Shown here: positions 25,701-40,700 of the stretch, in pieces
How positions within the stretch are numbered: the stretch's first letter is position 1
How the letters are laid out: every line of letters starts with the position of its first letter
Assembly (NCBI GenBank): GCA_964057225.1
Contig: OZ059898.1
Coordinates: 18,228,001 to 18,292,000, forward strand
Origin: Auanema rhodensis
Lineage: Eukaryota; Animalia; Nematoda
Reading direction: 5' to 3'
DNA length: 64,000 nucleotides
The notes under the pieces: model-generated
Seen by the model: only the letters and a program-made list of their open reading frames with translations
Told to the model about the DNA's origin: nothing
Databases searched by the model: none
Position numbers and translations under genes: made by a program

Positions 25701-28700
25701 TTCACCCTGAAGAATTAATTTTTTCGTTGAAAAACATTTTCCATCGTCTTTGCCTTGAAAAAAGGAATCTAAAAACATCTTCTTTTTGCTAAATTATTTT
25801 GAAATTTTTTGAAAAAATTTTTGTCAAAATGTTTTTGGAAGCAATGTTGAGTGTACATGGAAACTCAACATACACTAATGCATCATTTTTCAAACGATCA
25901 TAACTAATTTTTGTATAAAGCGTTTCTCAATGTAGTATAGTGCATTCGATGCGGATTTTTAAGCTGCGTCGATCTGTGTTATCAGATTTGCGCTAGCTTA
26001 AAAATGCACCGAGATATCAACTGATATAAGTTCACACTTATTTCCTCGATTTTCACCCTGAAGAATTAATTTTTTCGTTGAATAACATTGTCCATCGTCT
26101 TTGCCTTGAAAAAAGGAATCTAAAAACATCTACTTTTTGCTAAATTATTTTGAAATTTTTTGAAAAAATTTTTGTCAAAATGTTTTTGGAAGCAATGTTG
26201 AGTGTACATGGAAACTCAACATACACTAATGCATCATTTTTCAAACGATCATAACTAATTTTTGTATAAAGCGTTTCTCAATGTAGTATAGTGCATTCGA
26301 TGCGGATTTTTAAGTTGCGTCGATCTGTGTTATCAGATTTGCGCTAGCTTAAAAATGCACCGAGATATCAACTGATATAAGTTCACACTTATTTCCTCGA
26401 TTTTCACCCTGAAGAATTAATTTTTTCGTTGAATAACATTGTCCATCGTCTTTGCCTTGAAAAAAGGAATCTAAAAACATCTACTTTTTGCTAAATTATT
26501 TTGAAATTTTTTGAAAAAATTTTTGTCAAAATGTTTTTGGAAGCAATGTTGAGTGTACATGGAAACTCAACATACACTAATGCATCATTTTTCAAACGAT
26601 CATAACTAATTTTTGTATTAAGCGTTTCTCAGTGTAGTATAGTGCATTCGATGCGGATTTTTAAGCTGCGTCGATCTGTGTTATCAGATTTGCGCTAGCT
26701 TAAAAATGCACCGAGACATCAACTGATATAAGTTCACACTTATATCCTCGATTTTCACCCTGAAGAAATAATTTTTTCGTTGAATAACATTGTCCATCAT
26801 CTTTGCCTTGAAAAAAGGAATCTAAAAACATCTACTTTTTGCTAAATTATTTTGAAATTTTTCGAAAAAATTTTTGTCAAAATGTTTTTGGAAGCAATGT
26901 TGAGTGTACATGGAAACTCAACATACACTAATGCATTATTTTTCAAACGATCATAACTAATTTTTGTATTAAGCGTTTTTCAATGTAGTATAGTGCATTC
27001 GATGCGGATTTTTAAGCTGCGTCGATCTGTGTTATCAGATTTGCGCTAGCTTAAAAATGCACCGAGATATCAACTGATATAAGTTCACACTTATATCCTC
27101 GATTTTCACCCTGAAGAATTAATTTTTTCGTTGAAAAACATTTTCCATCGTGTTTGCCTTGAAAAAAGGAATCTAAAAACATCTACTTTTTGCTAAATTA
27201 TTTTGAAATTTTTCGAAAAAATTTTTGTCAAAATGTTTTTGGAAGCAATGTTGAGTGTACATGGAAACTCAACATACACTAATGCATCATTTTTCAAACG
27301 ATCATAACTAATTTTTGTATTAAGCGTTTCTCAATGTAGTATAGTGCATTCGATGCGGATTTTTAAGCTGCGTCGATCTGTGTTATCAGATTTGCGCTAG
27401 CTTAAAAATGCACCGAGATATCAACTGATATAAGTTCACACTTATTTCCTCGATTTTCACCCTGAAGAATTAATTTTTTCGTTGAATAACATTGTCCATC
27501 GTCTTTGCCTTGAAAAAAGGAATCTAAAAACATCTACTTTTTGCTAAATTATTTTGAAATTTTTTGAAAAAATTTTTGTCAAAATGTTTTTGGAAGCAAT
27601 GTTGAGTGTACATGGAAACTCAACATACACTAATGCATCATTTTTCAAACGATCATAACTAATTTTTGTATAAAGCGTTTCTCAATGTAGTATAGTGCAT
27701 TCGATGCGGATTTTTAAGCTGCGTCGATCTGTGTTATCAGATTTGCGCTAGCTTAAAAATGCACCGAGACATCAACTGATATAAGTTCACACTTATATCC
27801 TCGATTTTCACCCTGAAGAAATAATTTTTTCGTTGAATAACATTGTCCATCATCTTTGCCTTGAAAAAAGGAATCTAAAAACATCTACTTTTTGCTAAAT
27901 TATTTTGAAATTTTTCGAAAAAATTTTTGTCAAAATGTTTTTGGAAGCAATGTTGAGTGTACATGGAAACTCAACATACACTAATGCATTATTTTTCAAA
28001 CGATCATAACTAATTTTTGTATTAAGCGTTTTTCAATGTAGTATAGTGCATTCGATGCGGATTTTTAAGCTGCGTCGATCTGTGTTATCAGATTTGCGCT
28101 AGCTTAAAAATGCACCGAGATATCAACTGATATAAGTTCACACTTATATCCTCGATTTTCACCCTGAAGAATTAATTTTTTCGTTGAAAAACATTTTCCA
28201 TCGTGTTTGCCTTGAAAAAAGGAATCTAAAAACATCTACTTTTTGCTAAATTATTTTGAAATTTTTCGAAAAAATTTTTGTCAAAATGTTTTTGGAAGCA
28301 ATGTTGAGTGTACATGGAAACTCAACATACACTAATGCATCATTTTTCAAACGATCATAACTAATTTTTGTATTAAGCGTTTCTCAATGTAGTATAGTGC
28401 ATTCGATGCGGATTTTTAAGCTGCGTCGATCTGTGTTATCAGATTTGCGCTAGCTTGAAAATGCACCGAGATATCAACTGATATAAGTTCACACTTATAT
28501 CCTCGATTTTCACCCTGAAGAATTAATTTTTTCGTTGAATAACATTGTCCATCGTCTTTGCCTTGAAAAAAGGAATCTAAAAACATCTACTTTTTGCTAA
28601 ATTATTTTGAAATTTTTTGAAAAAATTTTTGTCAAAATGTTTTTGGAAGCAATGTTGAGTGTACATGGAAACTCAACATACACTAATGCATCATTTTTCA

Positions 28701-31700
28701 AACGATCATAACTAATTTTTGTATTAAGCGTTTCTCAATGTAGTATATTGCATTTGATGCGGATTTTTAAGCTGCGTCGATCTGTGTTATCAGATTTGCG
28801 CTAGCTTAAAAATGCACCGAGATATCAACTGATATAAGTTCACACTTATATCCTCGATTTTCACCCTGAAGAATTAATTTTTTCGTTGAAAAACATTTTC
28901 CATCGTGTTTGCCTTAAAAAAAGGAATCTAAAAACATCTACTTTTTGCTAAATTATTTTGAAATTTTTCGAAAAAATTTTTGTCAAAATGTTTTTGGAAG
29001 CAATGTTGAGTGTACATGGAAACTCAACATACACTAATGCATCATTTTTCAAACGATCATAACTAATTTTTGTATAAAGCGTTTCTCAATGTAGTATAGT
29101 GCATTCGATGCGGATTTTTAAGCTGCGTCGATCTGTGTTATCAGATTTGCGCTAGCTTAAAAATGCACCGAGACATCAACTGATATAAGTTCACACTTAT
29201 ATCCTCGATTTTCACCCTGAAGAATTAATTTTTTCGTTGAAAAACATTTTCCATCGTCTTTGCCTTGAAAGAAGGAATCTAAAAACATCTTCTTTTTGCT
29301 AAATTATTTTGAAATTTTTTGAAAAAATTTTTGTCAAAATGTTTTTGGAAGCAATGTTGAGTGTACATGGAAACTCAACATACACTAATGCATCATTTTT
29401 CAAACGATCATAACTAATTTTTGTATAAAGCGTTTCTCAATGTAGTATAGTGCATTCGATGCGGATTTTTAAGCTGCGTCGATCTGTGTTATCAGATTTG
29501 CGCTAGCTTAAAAATGCACCGAGATATCAACTGATATAAGTTCACACTTATTTCCTCGATTTTCACCCTGAAGAATTAATTTTTTCGTTGAATAACATTG
29601 TCCATCGTCTTTGCCTTGAAAAAAGGAATCTAAAAACATCTTCTTTTTGCTAAATTATTTTGAAATTTTTTGAAAAAATTTTTGTCAAAATGTTTTTGGA
29701 AGCAATGTTGAGTGTACATGGAAACTCAACATACACTAATGCATCATTTTTCAAACGATCATAACTAATTTTTGTATAAAGCGTTTCTCAATGTAGTATA
29801 GTGCATTCGATGCGGATTTTTAAGCTGCGTCGATCTGTGTTATCAGATTTGCGCTAGCTTAAAAATGCACCGAGATATCAACTGATATAAGTTCACACTT
29901 ATTTCCTCGATTTTCACCCTGAAGAATTAATTTTTTCGTTGAATAACATTGTCCATCGTCTTTGCCTTGAAAAAAGGAATCTAAAAACATCTACTTTTTG
30001 CTAAATTATTTTGAAATTTTTTGAAAAAATTTTTGTCAAAATGTTTTTGGAAGCAATGTTGAGTGTACATGGAAACTCAACATACACTAATGCATCATTT
30101 TTCAAACGATCATAACTAATTTTTGTATAAAGCGTTTCTCAATGTAGTATAGTGCATTCGATGCGGATTTTTAAGTTGCGTCGATCTGTGTTATCAGATT
30201 TGCGCTAGCTTAAAAATGCACCGAGATATCAACTGATATAAGTTCACACTTATTTCCTCGATTTTCACCCTGAAGAATTAATTTTTTCGTTGAATAACAT
30301 TGTCCATCGTCTTTGCCTTGAAAAAAGGAATCTAAAAACATCTACTTTTTGCTAAATTATTTTGAAATTTTTTGAAAAAATTTTTGTCAAAATGTTTTTG
30401 GAAGCAATGTTGAGTGTACATGGAAACTCAACATACACTAATGCATCATTTTTCAAACGATCATAACTAATTTTTGTATTAAGCGTTTCTCAGTGTAGTA
30501 TAGTGCATTCGATGCGGATTTTTAAGCTGCGTCGATCTGTGTTATCAGATTTGCGCTAGCTTAAAAATGCACCGAGACATCAACTGATATAAGTTCACAC
30601 TTATATCCTCGATTTTCACCCTGAAGAAATAATTTTTTCGTTGAATAACATTGTCCATCATCTTTGCCTTGAAGAAAGGAATCTAAAAACATCTACTTTT
30701 TGCTAAATTATTTTGAAATTTTTCGAAAAAATTTTTGTCAAAATGTTTTTGGAAGCAATGTTGAGTGTACATGGAAACTCAACATACACTAATGCATTAT
30801 TTTTCAAACGATCATAACTAATTTTTGTATTAAGCGTTTTTCAATGTAGTATAGTGCATTCGATGCGGATTTTTAAGCTGCGTCGATCTGTGTTATCAGA
30901 TTTGCGCTAGCTTAAAAATGCACCGAGATATCAACTGATATAAGTTCACACTTATATCCTCGATTTTCACCCTGAAGAATTAATTTTTTCGTTGAAAAAC
31001 ATTTTCCATCGTGTTTGCCTTGAAAAAAGGAATCTAAAAACATCTACTTTTTGCTAAATTATTTTGAAATTTTTCGAAAAAATTTTTGTCAAAATGTTTT
31101 TGGAAGCAATGTTGAGTGTACATGGAAACTCAACATACACTAATGCATCATTTTTCAAACGATCATAACTAATTTTTGTATTAAGCGTTTCTCAATGTAG
31201 TATAGTGCATTCGATGCGGATTTTTAAGCTGCGTCGATCTGTGTTATCAGATTTGCGCTAGCTTAAAAATGCACCGAGATATCAACTGATATAAGTTCAC
31301 ACTTATTTCCTCGATTTTCACCCTGAAGAATTAATTTTTTCGTTGAATAACATTGTCCATCGTCTTTGCCTTGAAAAAAGGAATCTAAAAACATCTACTT
31401 TTTGCTAAATTATTTTGAAATTTTTTGAAAAAATTTTTGTCAAAATGTTTTTGGAAGCAATGTTGAGTGTACATGGAAACTCAACATACACTAATGCATC
31501 ATTTTTCAAACGATCATAACTAATTTTTGTATAAAGCGTTTCTCAATGTAGTATAGTGCATTCGATGCGGATTTTTAAGCTGCGTCGATCTGTGTTATCA
31601 GATTTGCGCTAGCTTAAAAATGCACCGAGATATCAACTGATATAAGTTCACACTTATTTCCTCGATTTTCACCCTGAAGAATTAATTTTTTCGTTGAATA

Positions 31701-34700
31701 ACATTGTCCATCGTCTTTGCCTTGAAAAAAGGAATCTAAAAACATCTACTTTTTGCTAAATTATTTTGAAATTTTTTGAAAAAATTTTTGTCAAAATGTT
31801 TTTGGAAGCAATGTTCAGTGTACATGGAAACTCAACATACACTAATGCATCATTTTTCAAACGATCATAACTAATTTTTGTATTAAGCGTTTCTCAATGT
31901 AGTATAGTGCATTCGATGCGGATTTTTAAGCTGCGTCGATCTGTGTTATCAGATTTGCGCTAGCTTAAAAATGCACCGAGACATCAACTGATATAAGTTC
32001 ACACTTATATCCTCGATTTTCACCCTGAAGAAATAATTTTTTCGTTGAATAACATTGTCCATCATCTTTGCCTTGAAAAAAGGAATCTAAAAACATCTAC
32101 TTTTTGCTAAATTATTTTGAAATTTTTCGAAAAAATTTTTGTCAAAATGTTTTTGGAAGCAATGTTGAGTGTACATGGAAACTCAACATACACTAATGCA
32201 TTATTTTTCAAACGATCATAACTAATTTTTGTATTAAGCGTTTTTCAATGTAGTATAGTGCATTCGATGCGGATTTTTAAGCTGCGTCGATCTGTGTTAT
32301 CAGATTTGCGCTAGCTTAAAAATGCACCGAGATATCAACTGATATAAGTTCACACTTATATCCTCGATTTTCACCCTGAAGAATTAATTTTTTCGTTGAA
32401 AAACATTTTCCATCGTGTTTGCCTTGAAAAAAGGAATCTAAAAACATCTACTTTTTGCTAAATTATTTTGAAATTTTTCGAAAAAATTTTTGTCAAAATG
32501 TTTTTGGAAGCAATGTTGAGTGTACATGGAAACTCAACATACACTAATGCATCATTTTTCAAACGATCATAACTAATTTTTGTATTAAGCGTTTCTCAAT
32601 GTAGTATAGTGCATTCGATGCGGATTTTTAAGCTGCGTCGATCTGTGTTATCAGATTTGCGCTAGCTTGAAAATGCACCGAGATATCAACTGATATAAGT
32701 TCACACTTATATCCTCGATTTTCACCCTGAAGAATTAATTTTTTCGTTGAATAACATTGTCCATCGTCTTTGCCTTGAAAAAAGGAATCTAAAAACATCT
32801 ACTTTTTGCTAAATTATTTTGAAATTTTTTGAAAAAATTTTTGTCAAAATGTTTTTGGAAGCAATGTTGAGTGTACATGGAAACTCAACATACACTAATG
32901 CATCATTTTTCAAACGATCATAACTAATTTTTGTATTAAGCGTTTCTCAATGTAGTATATTGCATTCGATGCGGATTTTTAAGCTGCGTCGATCTGTGTT
33001 ATCAGATTTGCGCTAGCTTAAAAATGCACCGAGATATCAACTGATATAAGTTCACACTTATATCCTCGATTTTCACCCTGAAGAATTAATTTTTTCGTTG
33101 AAAAACATTTTCCATCCTGTTTGCCTTAAAAAAAGGAATCTAAAAACATCTACTTTTTGCTAAATTATTTTGAAATTTTTCGAAAAAATTTTTGTCAAAA
33201 TGTTTTTGGAAGCAATGTTGAGTGTACATGGAAACTCAACATACACTAATGCATCATTTTTCAAACGATCATAACTAATTTTTGTATTAAGCGTTTCTCA
33301 ATGTAGTATAGTGCATTCGATGCGGATTTTTAAGCTGCGTCGATCTGTGTTATCAGATTTGCGCTAGCTTGAAAATGCACCGAGATATCAACTGATATAA
33401 GTTCACACTTATATCCTCGATTTTCACCCTGAAGAATTAATTTTTTCGTTGAAAAACATTTTCCATCGTGTTTGCCTTAAAAAAAGGAATCTAAAAACAT
33501 CTACTTTTTGCTAAATTATTTTGAAATTTTTCGAAAAAATTTTTGTCAAAATGTTTTTGGAAGCAATGTTGAGTGTACATGGAAACTCAACATACACTAA
33601 TGCATCATTTTTCAAACGATCATAACTAATTTTTGTATTAAGCGTTTCTCAATGTAGTATAGTGCATTCGATGCGGATTTTTAAGCTGCGTCGATCTGTG
33701 TTATCAGATTTGCGCTAGCTTGAAAATGCACCGAGATATCAACTGATATAAGTTCACACTTATATCCTCGATTTTCACCCTGAAGAATTAATTTTTTCGT
33801 TGAATAACATTGTCCATCGTCTTTGCCTTGAAAAAAGGAATCTAAAAACATCTACTTTTTGCTAAATTATTTTGAAATTTTTTGAAAAAATTTTTGTCAA
33901 AATGTTTTTGGAAGCAATGTTGAGTGTACATGGAAACTCAACATACACTAATGCATCATTTTTCAAACGATCATAACTAATTTTTGTATTAAGCGTTTCT
34001 CAATGTAGTATATTGCATTCGATGCGGATTTTTAAGCTGCGTCGATCTGTGTTATCAGATTTGCGCTAGCTTAAAAATGCACCGAGATATCAACTGATAT
34101 AAGTTCACACTTATATCCTCGATTTTCACCCTGAAGAATTAATTTTTTCGTTGAAAAACATTTTCCATCGTGTTTGCCTTAAAAAAAGGAATCTAAAAAC
34201 ATCTACTTTTTGCTAAATTATTTTGAAATTTTTCGAAAAAATTTTTGTCAAAATGTTTTTGGAAGCAATGTTGAGTGTACATGGAAACTCAACATACACT
34301 AATGCATCATTTTTCAAACGATCATAACTAATTTTTGTATTAAGCGTTTCTCAATGTAGTATAGTGCATTCGATGCGGATTTTTAAGCTGCGTCGATCTG
34401 TGTTATCAGATTTGCGCTAGCTTGAAAATGCACCGAGATATCAACTGATATAAGTTCACACTTATATCCTCGATTTTCACCCTGAAGAATTAATTTTTTC
34501 GTTGAATAACATTGTCCATCGTCTTTGCCTTGAAAAAAGGAATCTAAAAACATCTTCTTTTTGCTAAATTATTTTGAAAATTTTTGAAAAAATTTTTGTC
34601 AAAATGTTTTTGGAAGCAATGTTGAGTGTACATGGAAACTCAACATACACTAATGCATCATTTTTCAAACGATCATAACTAATTTTTGTATAAAGCGTTT

Positions 34701-37700
34701 CTCAATGTAGTATAGTGCATTCGATGCGGATTTTTAAGCTGCGTCGATCTGTGTTATCAGATATGCGCTAGCTTAAAAATGCACCGAGATATCAACTGAT
34801 ATAAGTTCACACTTATTTCCTCGATTTTCACCCTGAAGAATTAATTTTTTCGTTGAATAACATTGTCCATCGTCTTTGCCTTGAAAAAAGGAATCTAAAA
34901 ACATCTACTTTTTGCTAAATTATTTTGAAATTTTTTGAAAAAATTTTTGTCAAAATGTTTTTGGAAGCAATGTTGAGTGTACATGGAAATTCAACATACA
35001 CTAATGCATCATTTTTCAAACGATCATAACTAATTTTTGTATAAAGCGTTTCTCAATGTAGTATAGTGCATTCGATGCGGATTTTTAAGCTGCGTCGATC
35101 TGTGTTATCAGATTTGCGCTAGCTTGAAAATGCACCGAGATATCAACTGATATAAGTTCACACTTATATCCTCGATTTTCACCCTGAAGAATTAATTTTT
35201 TCGTTGAATAACATTGTCCATCGTCTTTGCCTTGAAAAAAGGAATCTAAAAACATCTACTTTTTGCTAAATTATTTTGAAATTTTTCGAAAAAATTTTTG
35301 TCAAAATGTTTTTGGAAGCAATGTTGAGTGTACATGGAAACTCAACATACACTAATGCATCATTTTTCAAACGATCATAACTAATTTTTGTATTAAGCGT
35401 TTCTCAATGTAGTATAGTGCATTCGATGCGGATTTTTAAGCTGCGTCGATCTGTGTTATCAGATTTGCGCTAGCTTGAAAATGCACCGAGATATCAACTG
35501 ATATAAGTTCACACTTATATCCTCGATTTTCACCCTGAAGAATTAATTTTTTCGTTGAAAAACATTTTCCATCGTCTTTGCCTTGAAAAAAGGAATCTAA
35601 AAACATCTTCTTTTTGCTAAATTATTTTGAAAATTTTTGAAAAAATTTTTGTCAAAATGTTTTTGGAAGCAATGTTGAGTGTACATGGAAACTCAACATA
35701 CACTAATGCATCATTTTTCAAACGATCATAACTAATTTTTGTATAAAGCGTTTCTCAATGTAGTATAGTGCATTCGATGCGGATTTTTAAGCTGCGTCGA
35801 TCTGTGTTATCAGATTTGCGCTAGCTTGAAAATGCACCGAGATATCAACTGATATAAGTTCACACTTATATCCTCGATTTTCACCCTGAAGAATTAATTT
35901 TTTCGTTGAATAACATTGTCCATCGTCTTTGCCTTGAAAAAAGGAATCTAAAAACATCTTCTTTTTGCTAAATTATTTTGAAAATTTTTGAAAAAATTTT
36001 TGTCAAAATGTTTTTGGAAGCAATGTTGAGTGTACATGGAAACTCAACATACACTAATGCATCATTTTTCAAACGATCATAACTAATTTTTGTATAAAGC
36101 GTTTCTCAATGTAGTATAGTGCATTCGATGCGGATTTTTAAGCTGCGTCGATCTGTGTTATCAGATTTGCGCTAGCTTAAAAATGCACCGAGATATCAAC
36201 TGATATAAGTTCACACTTATTTCCTCGATTTTCACCCTGAAGAATTAATTTTTTCGTTGAATAACATTGTCCATCGTCTTTGCCTTGAAAAAAGGAATCT
36301 AAAAACATCTACTTTTTGCTAAATTATTTTGAAATTTTTTGAAAAAATTTTTGTCAAAATGTTTTTGGAAGCAATGTTGAGTGTACATGGAAATTCAACA
36401 TACACTAATGCATCATTTTATAAACGATCATAACTAATTTTTGTATAAAGCGTTTCTCAATGTAGTATAGTGCATTCGATGCGGATTTTTAAGCTGCGTC
36501 GATCTGTGTTATCAGATTTGCGCTAGCTTGAAAATGCACCGAGATATCAACTGATATAAGTTCACACTTATATCCTCGATTTTCACCCTGAAGAATTAAT
36601 TTTTTCGTTGAATAACATTGTCCATCGTCTTTGCCTTGAAAAAAGGAATCTAAAAACATCTACTTTTTGCTAAATTATTTTGAAATTTTTCGAAAAAATT
36701 TTTGTCAAAATGTTTTTGGAAGCAATGTTGAGTGTACATGGAAACTCAACATACACTAATGCATCATTTTTCAAACGATCATAACTAATTTTTGTATAGA
36801 GCGTTTCTCAATGTAGTATAGTGCATTCGATGCGGATTTTTAAGCTGCGTCGATCTGTGTTATCAGATTTGCGCTAGCTTGAAAATGCACCGAGATATCA
36901 ACTGATATAAGTTCACACTTATATCCTCGATTTTCACCCTGAAGAATTAATTTTTTCGTTGAATAACATTGTCCATCGTCTTTGCCTTGAAAAAAGGAAT
37001 CTAAAAACATCTTCTTTTTGCTAAATTATTTTGAAAATTTTTGAAAAAATTTTTGTCAAAATGTTTTTGGAAGCAATGTTGAGTGTACATGGAAACTCAA
37101 CATACACTAATGCATCATTTTTCAAACGATCATAACTAATTTTTGTATAAAGCGTTTCTCAATGTAGTATAGTGCATTCGATGCGGATTTTTAAGCTGCG
37201 TCGATCTGTGTTATCAGATATGCGCTAGCTTAAAAATGCACCGAGATATCAACTGATATAAGTTCACACTTATTTCCTCGATTTTCACCCTGAAGAATTA
37301 ATTTTTTCGTTGAAAAACATTGTCCATCGTCTTTGCCTTGAAAAAAGGAATCTAAAAACATCTACTTTTTGCTAAATTATTTTGAAATTTTTTGAAAAAA
37401 TTTTTGTCAAAATGTTTTTGGAAGCAATGTTGAGTGTACATGGAAATTCAACATACACTAATGCATCATTTTTCAAACGATCATAACTAATTTTTGTATA
37501 AAGCGTTTCTCAATGTAGTATAGTGCATTCGATGCGGATTTTTAAGCTGCGTCGATCTGTGTTATCAGATTTGCGCTAGCTTAAAAATGCACCGAGATAT
37601 CAACTGATATAAGTTCACACTTATTTCCTCGATTTTCACCCTGAAGAATTAATTTTTTCGTTGAATAACATTGTCCATCGTGTTTGCCTTGAAAAAAGGA

Positions 37701-40700
37701 ATCTAAAAACATCTACTTTTTGCTAAATTATTTTGAAATTTTTTGAAAAAATTTTTGTCAAAATGTTTTTGGAAGCAATGTTGAGTGTACATGGAAACTC
37801 AACATACACTAATGCATCATTTTTCAAACGATCATAACTAATTTTTGTATTAAGCGTTTCTCAAAGTAGTATAGTGCATTCGATGCGGATTTTTAAGCTG
37901 CGTCGATCTGTGTTATCAGATTTGCGCTAGCTTAAAAATGCACCGAGATATCAACTGATATAAGTTCACACTTATATCCTCGATTTTCACCCTGAAGAAT
38001 TAATTTTTTTGTTGAAAAACATTGTCCATCGTGTTTGCCTTGAAAAAAGGAATCTAAAAACATCTACTTTTTGCTAAATTATTTTGAAATTTTTTGAAAA
38101 AATTTTTGTCAAAATGTTTTTGGAAGCAATGTTGAGTGTACATGGAAACTCAACATACACTAATGCATCATTTTTCAAACGATCATAACTAATTTTTGTA
38201 TAGAGCGTTTCTCAATGTAGTATAGTGCATTCGATGCGGATTTTTAAGCTGCGTCGATCTGTGTTATCAGATTTGCGCTAGCTTAAAAATGCACCGAGAT
38301 ATCAACTGATATAAGTTCACACTTATTTCCTCGATTTTCACCCTGAAGAATTAATTTTTTCGTTGAATAACATTGTCCATCGTCTTTGCCTTGAAAAAAG
38401 GAATCTAAAAACATCTTCTTTTTGCTAAATTATTCTGAAATTTTTTGAAAAAATTTTTGTCAAAATGTTTTTGGAAGCAATGTTGAGTGTACATGGAAAC
38501 TCAACATACACTAATGCATCATTTTTCAAACGATCATAACTAATTTTTGTATAAAGCGTTTCTCAATGTAGTATAGTGCATTCGATGGGGATTTTTAAGC
38601 TGCGTCGATCTGTATTATCAGATTTGCGCTAGCTTAAAAATGCACCGAGATATCAACTGATATAAGTTCACACTTATATCCTCGATTTTCACCCTGAAGA
38701 ATTAATTTTTTCGTTGAAAAACATTGTCCATCGTGTTTGCCTTAAAAAAAGGAATCTAAAAACATCTACTTTTTGCTAAATTATTCTGAAATTTTTCGAA
38801 AAAATTTTTGTCAAAATGTTTTTGGAAGCAATGTTGAGTGTACATGGAAACTCAACATACACTAATGCATCATTTTTCAAACGATCATAACTAATTTTTG
38901 TATAAAGCGTTTCTCAATGTAGTATAATGCATTCGATGCGGATTTTTAAGCTGCGTCGATCTGTGTTATCAGATTTGCGCTAGCTTAAAAATGCACCGAG
39001 ATATCAACTGATATAAGTTCACACTTATTTCCTCGATTTTCACCCTGAAGAATTAATTTTTTCGTTGAATAACATTGTCCATCGTCTTTGCCTTGAAAAA
39101 AGGAATCTAAAAACATCTTCTTTTTGCTAAATTATTCTGAAATTTTTTGAAAAAATTTTTGTCAAAATGTTTTTGGAAGCAATGTTGAGTGTACATGGAA
39201 ACTCAACATACACTAATGCATCATTTTTCAAACGATCATAACTAATTTTTGTATAAAGCGTTTCTCAATGTAGTATAGTGCATTCGATGGGGATTTTTAA
39301 GCTGCGTCGATCTGTATTATCAGATTTGCGCTAGCTTAAAAATGCACCGAGATATCAACTGATATAAGTTCACACTTATATCCTCGATTTTCACCCTGAA
39401 GAATTAATTTTTTCGTTGAAAAACATTGTCCATCGTGTTTGCCTTGAAAAAAGGAATCTAAAAACATCTACTTTTTGCTAAATTATTCTGAAATTTTTCG
39501 AAAAAATTTTTGTCAAAATGTTTTTGGAAGCAATGTTGAGTGTACATGGAAACTCAACATACACTAATGCATCATTTTTCAAACGATCATAACTAATTTT
39601 TGTATAAAGCGTTTCTCAATGTAGTATAGTGAATTCGATGCGGATTTTTAAGCTGCGTCGATCTGTATTATCAGATTTGCGCTAGCTTAAAAATGCACCG
39701 AGATATCAACTGATATAAGTTCACACTTATTTCCTCGATTTTCACCCTGAAGAATTAATTTTTTCGTTGAATAACATTGTCCATCGTCTTTGCCTTGAAA
39801 AAATAAATCTAAAAACATCTTCTTTTTGCTAAATTATTTTGAAATTTTTTGAAAAAATTTTTGTCAAAATGTTTTTGGAAGCAATGTTGAGTGTACATGG
39901 AAACTCAACATACACTAATGCATCATTTTTCAAACGATCATAACTAATTTTTGTATAAAGCGTTTCTCAATGTAGTATAGTGCATTCGATGCGGATTTTT
40001 AAGCTGCGTCGATCTGTATTATCAGATTTGCGCTAGCTTAAAAATGCACCGAGATATCAACTGATATAAGTTCACACTTATATCCTCGATTTTCACCCTG
40101 AAGAATTAATTTTTTCGTTGAAAAACATTGTCCATCGTGTTTGCCTTGAAAAAAGGAATCTAAAAACATCTACTTTTTGCTAAATTATTCTGAAATTTTT
40201 CGAAAAAATTTTTGTCAAAATGTTTTTGGAAGCAATGTTGAGTGTACATGGAAACTCAACATACACTAATGCATCATTTTTCAAACGATCATAACTAATT
40301 TTTGTATTAAGCGTTTCTCAATGTAGTATAGTGCATTCGATGCGGATTTTTAAGCTGCGTCGATCTGTGTTATCAGATTTGCGCTAGCTTAAAAATGCAC
40401 CGAGATATCAACTAATATAAGTTCACACTTATATCCTCGATTTTCACCCTGAAGAATTAATTTTTTCGTTGAATAACAATGTCCATCGTCTTTGCCTTGA
40501 AAAACTAAATCTGAAAACATCTACTTTTTGCTAAATTATTTTGAAATTTTTCGAAAAAATTTTTGTCAAAATGTTTTTGGAAGCAATGTTGAGTGTACAT
40601 GGAAACTCAACATACACTAATGCATCATTTTTTAAACAATCATAACTAATTTTTGTATAAAGCGTTTCTCAATGTAGTATAGTGCATTCGATGCGGATTT

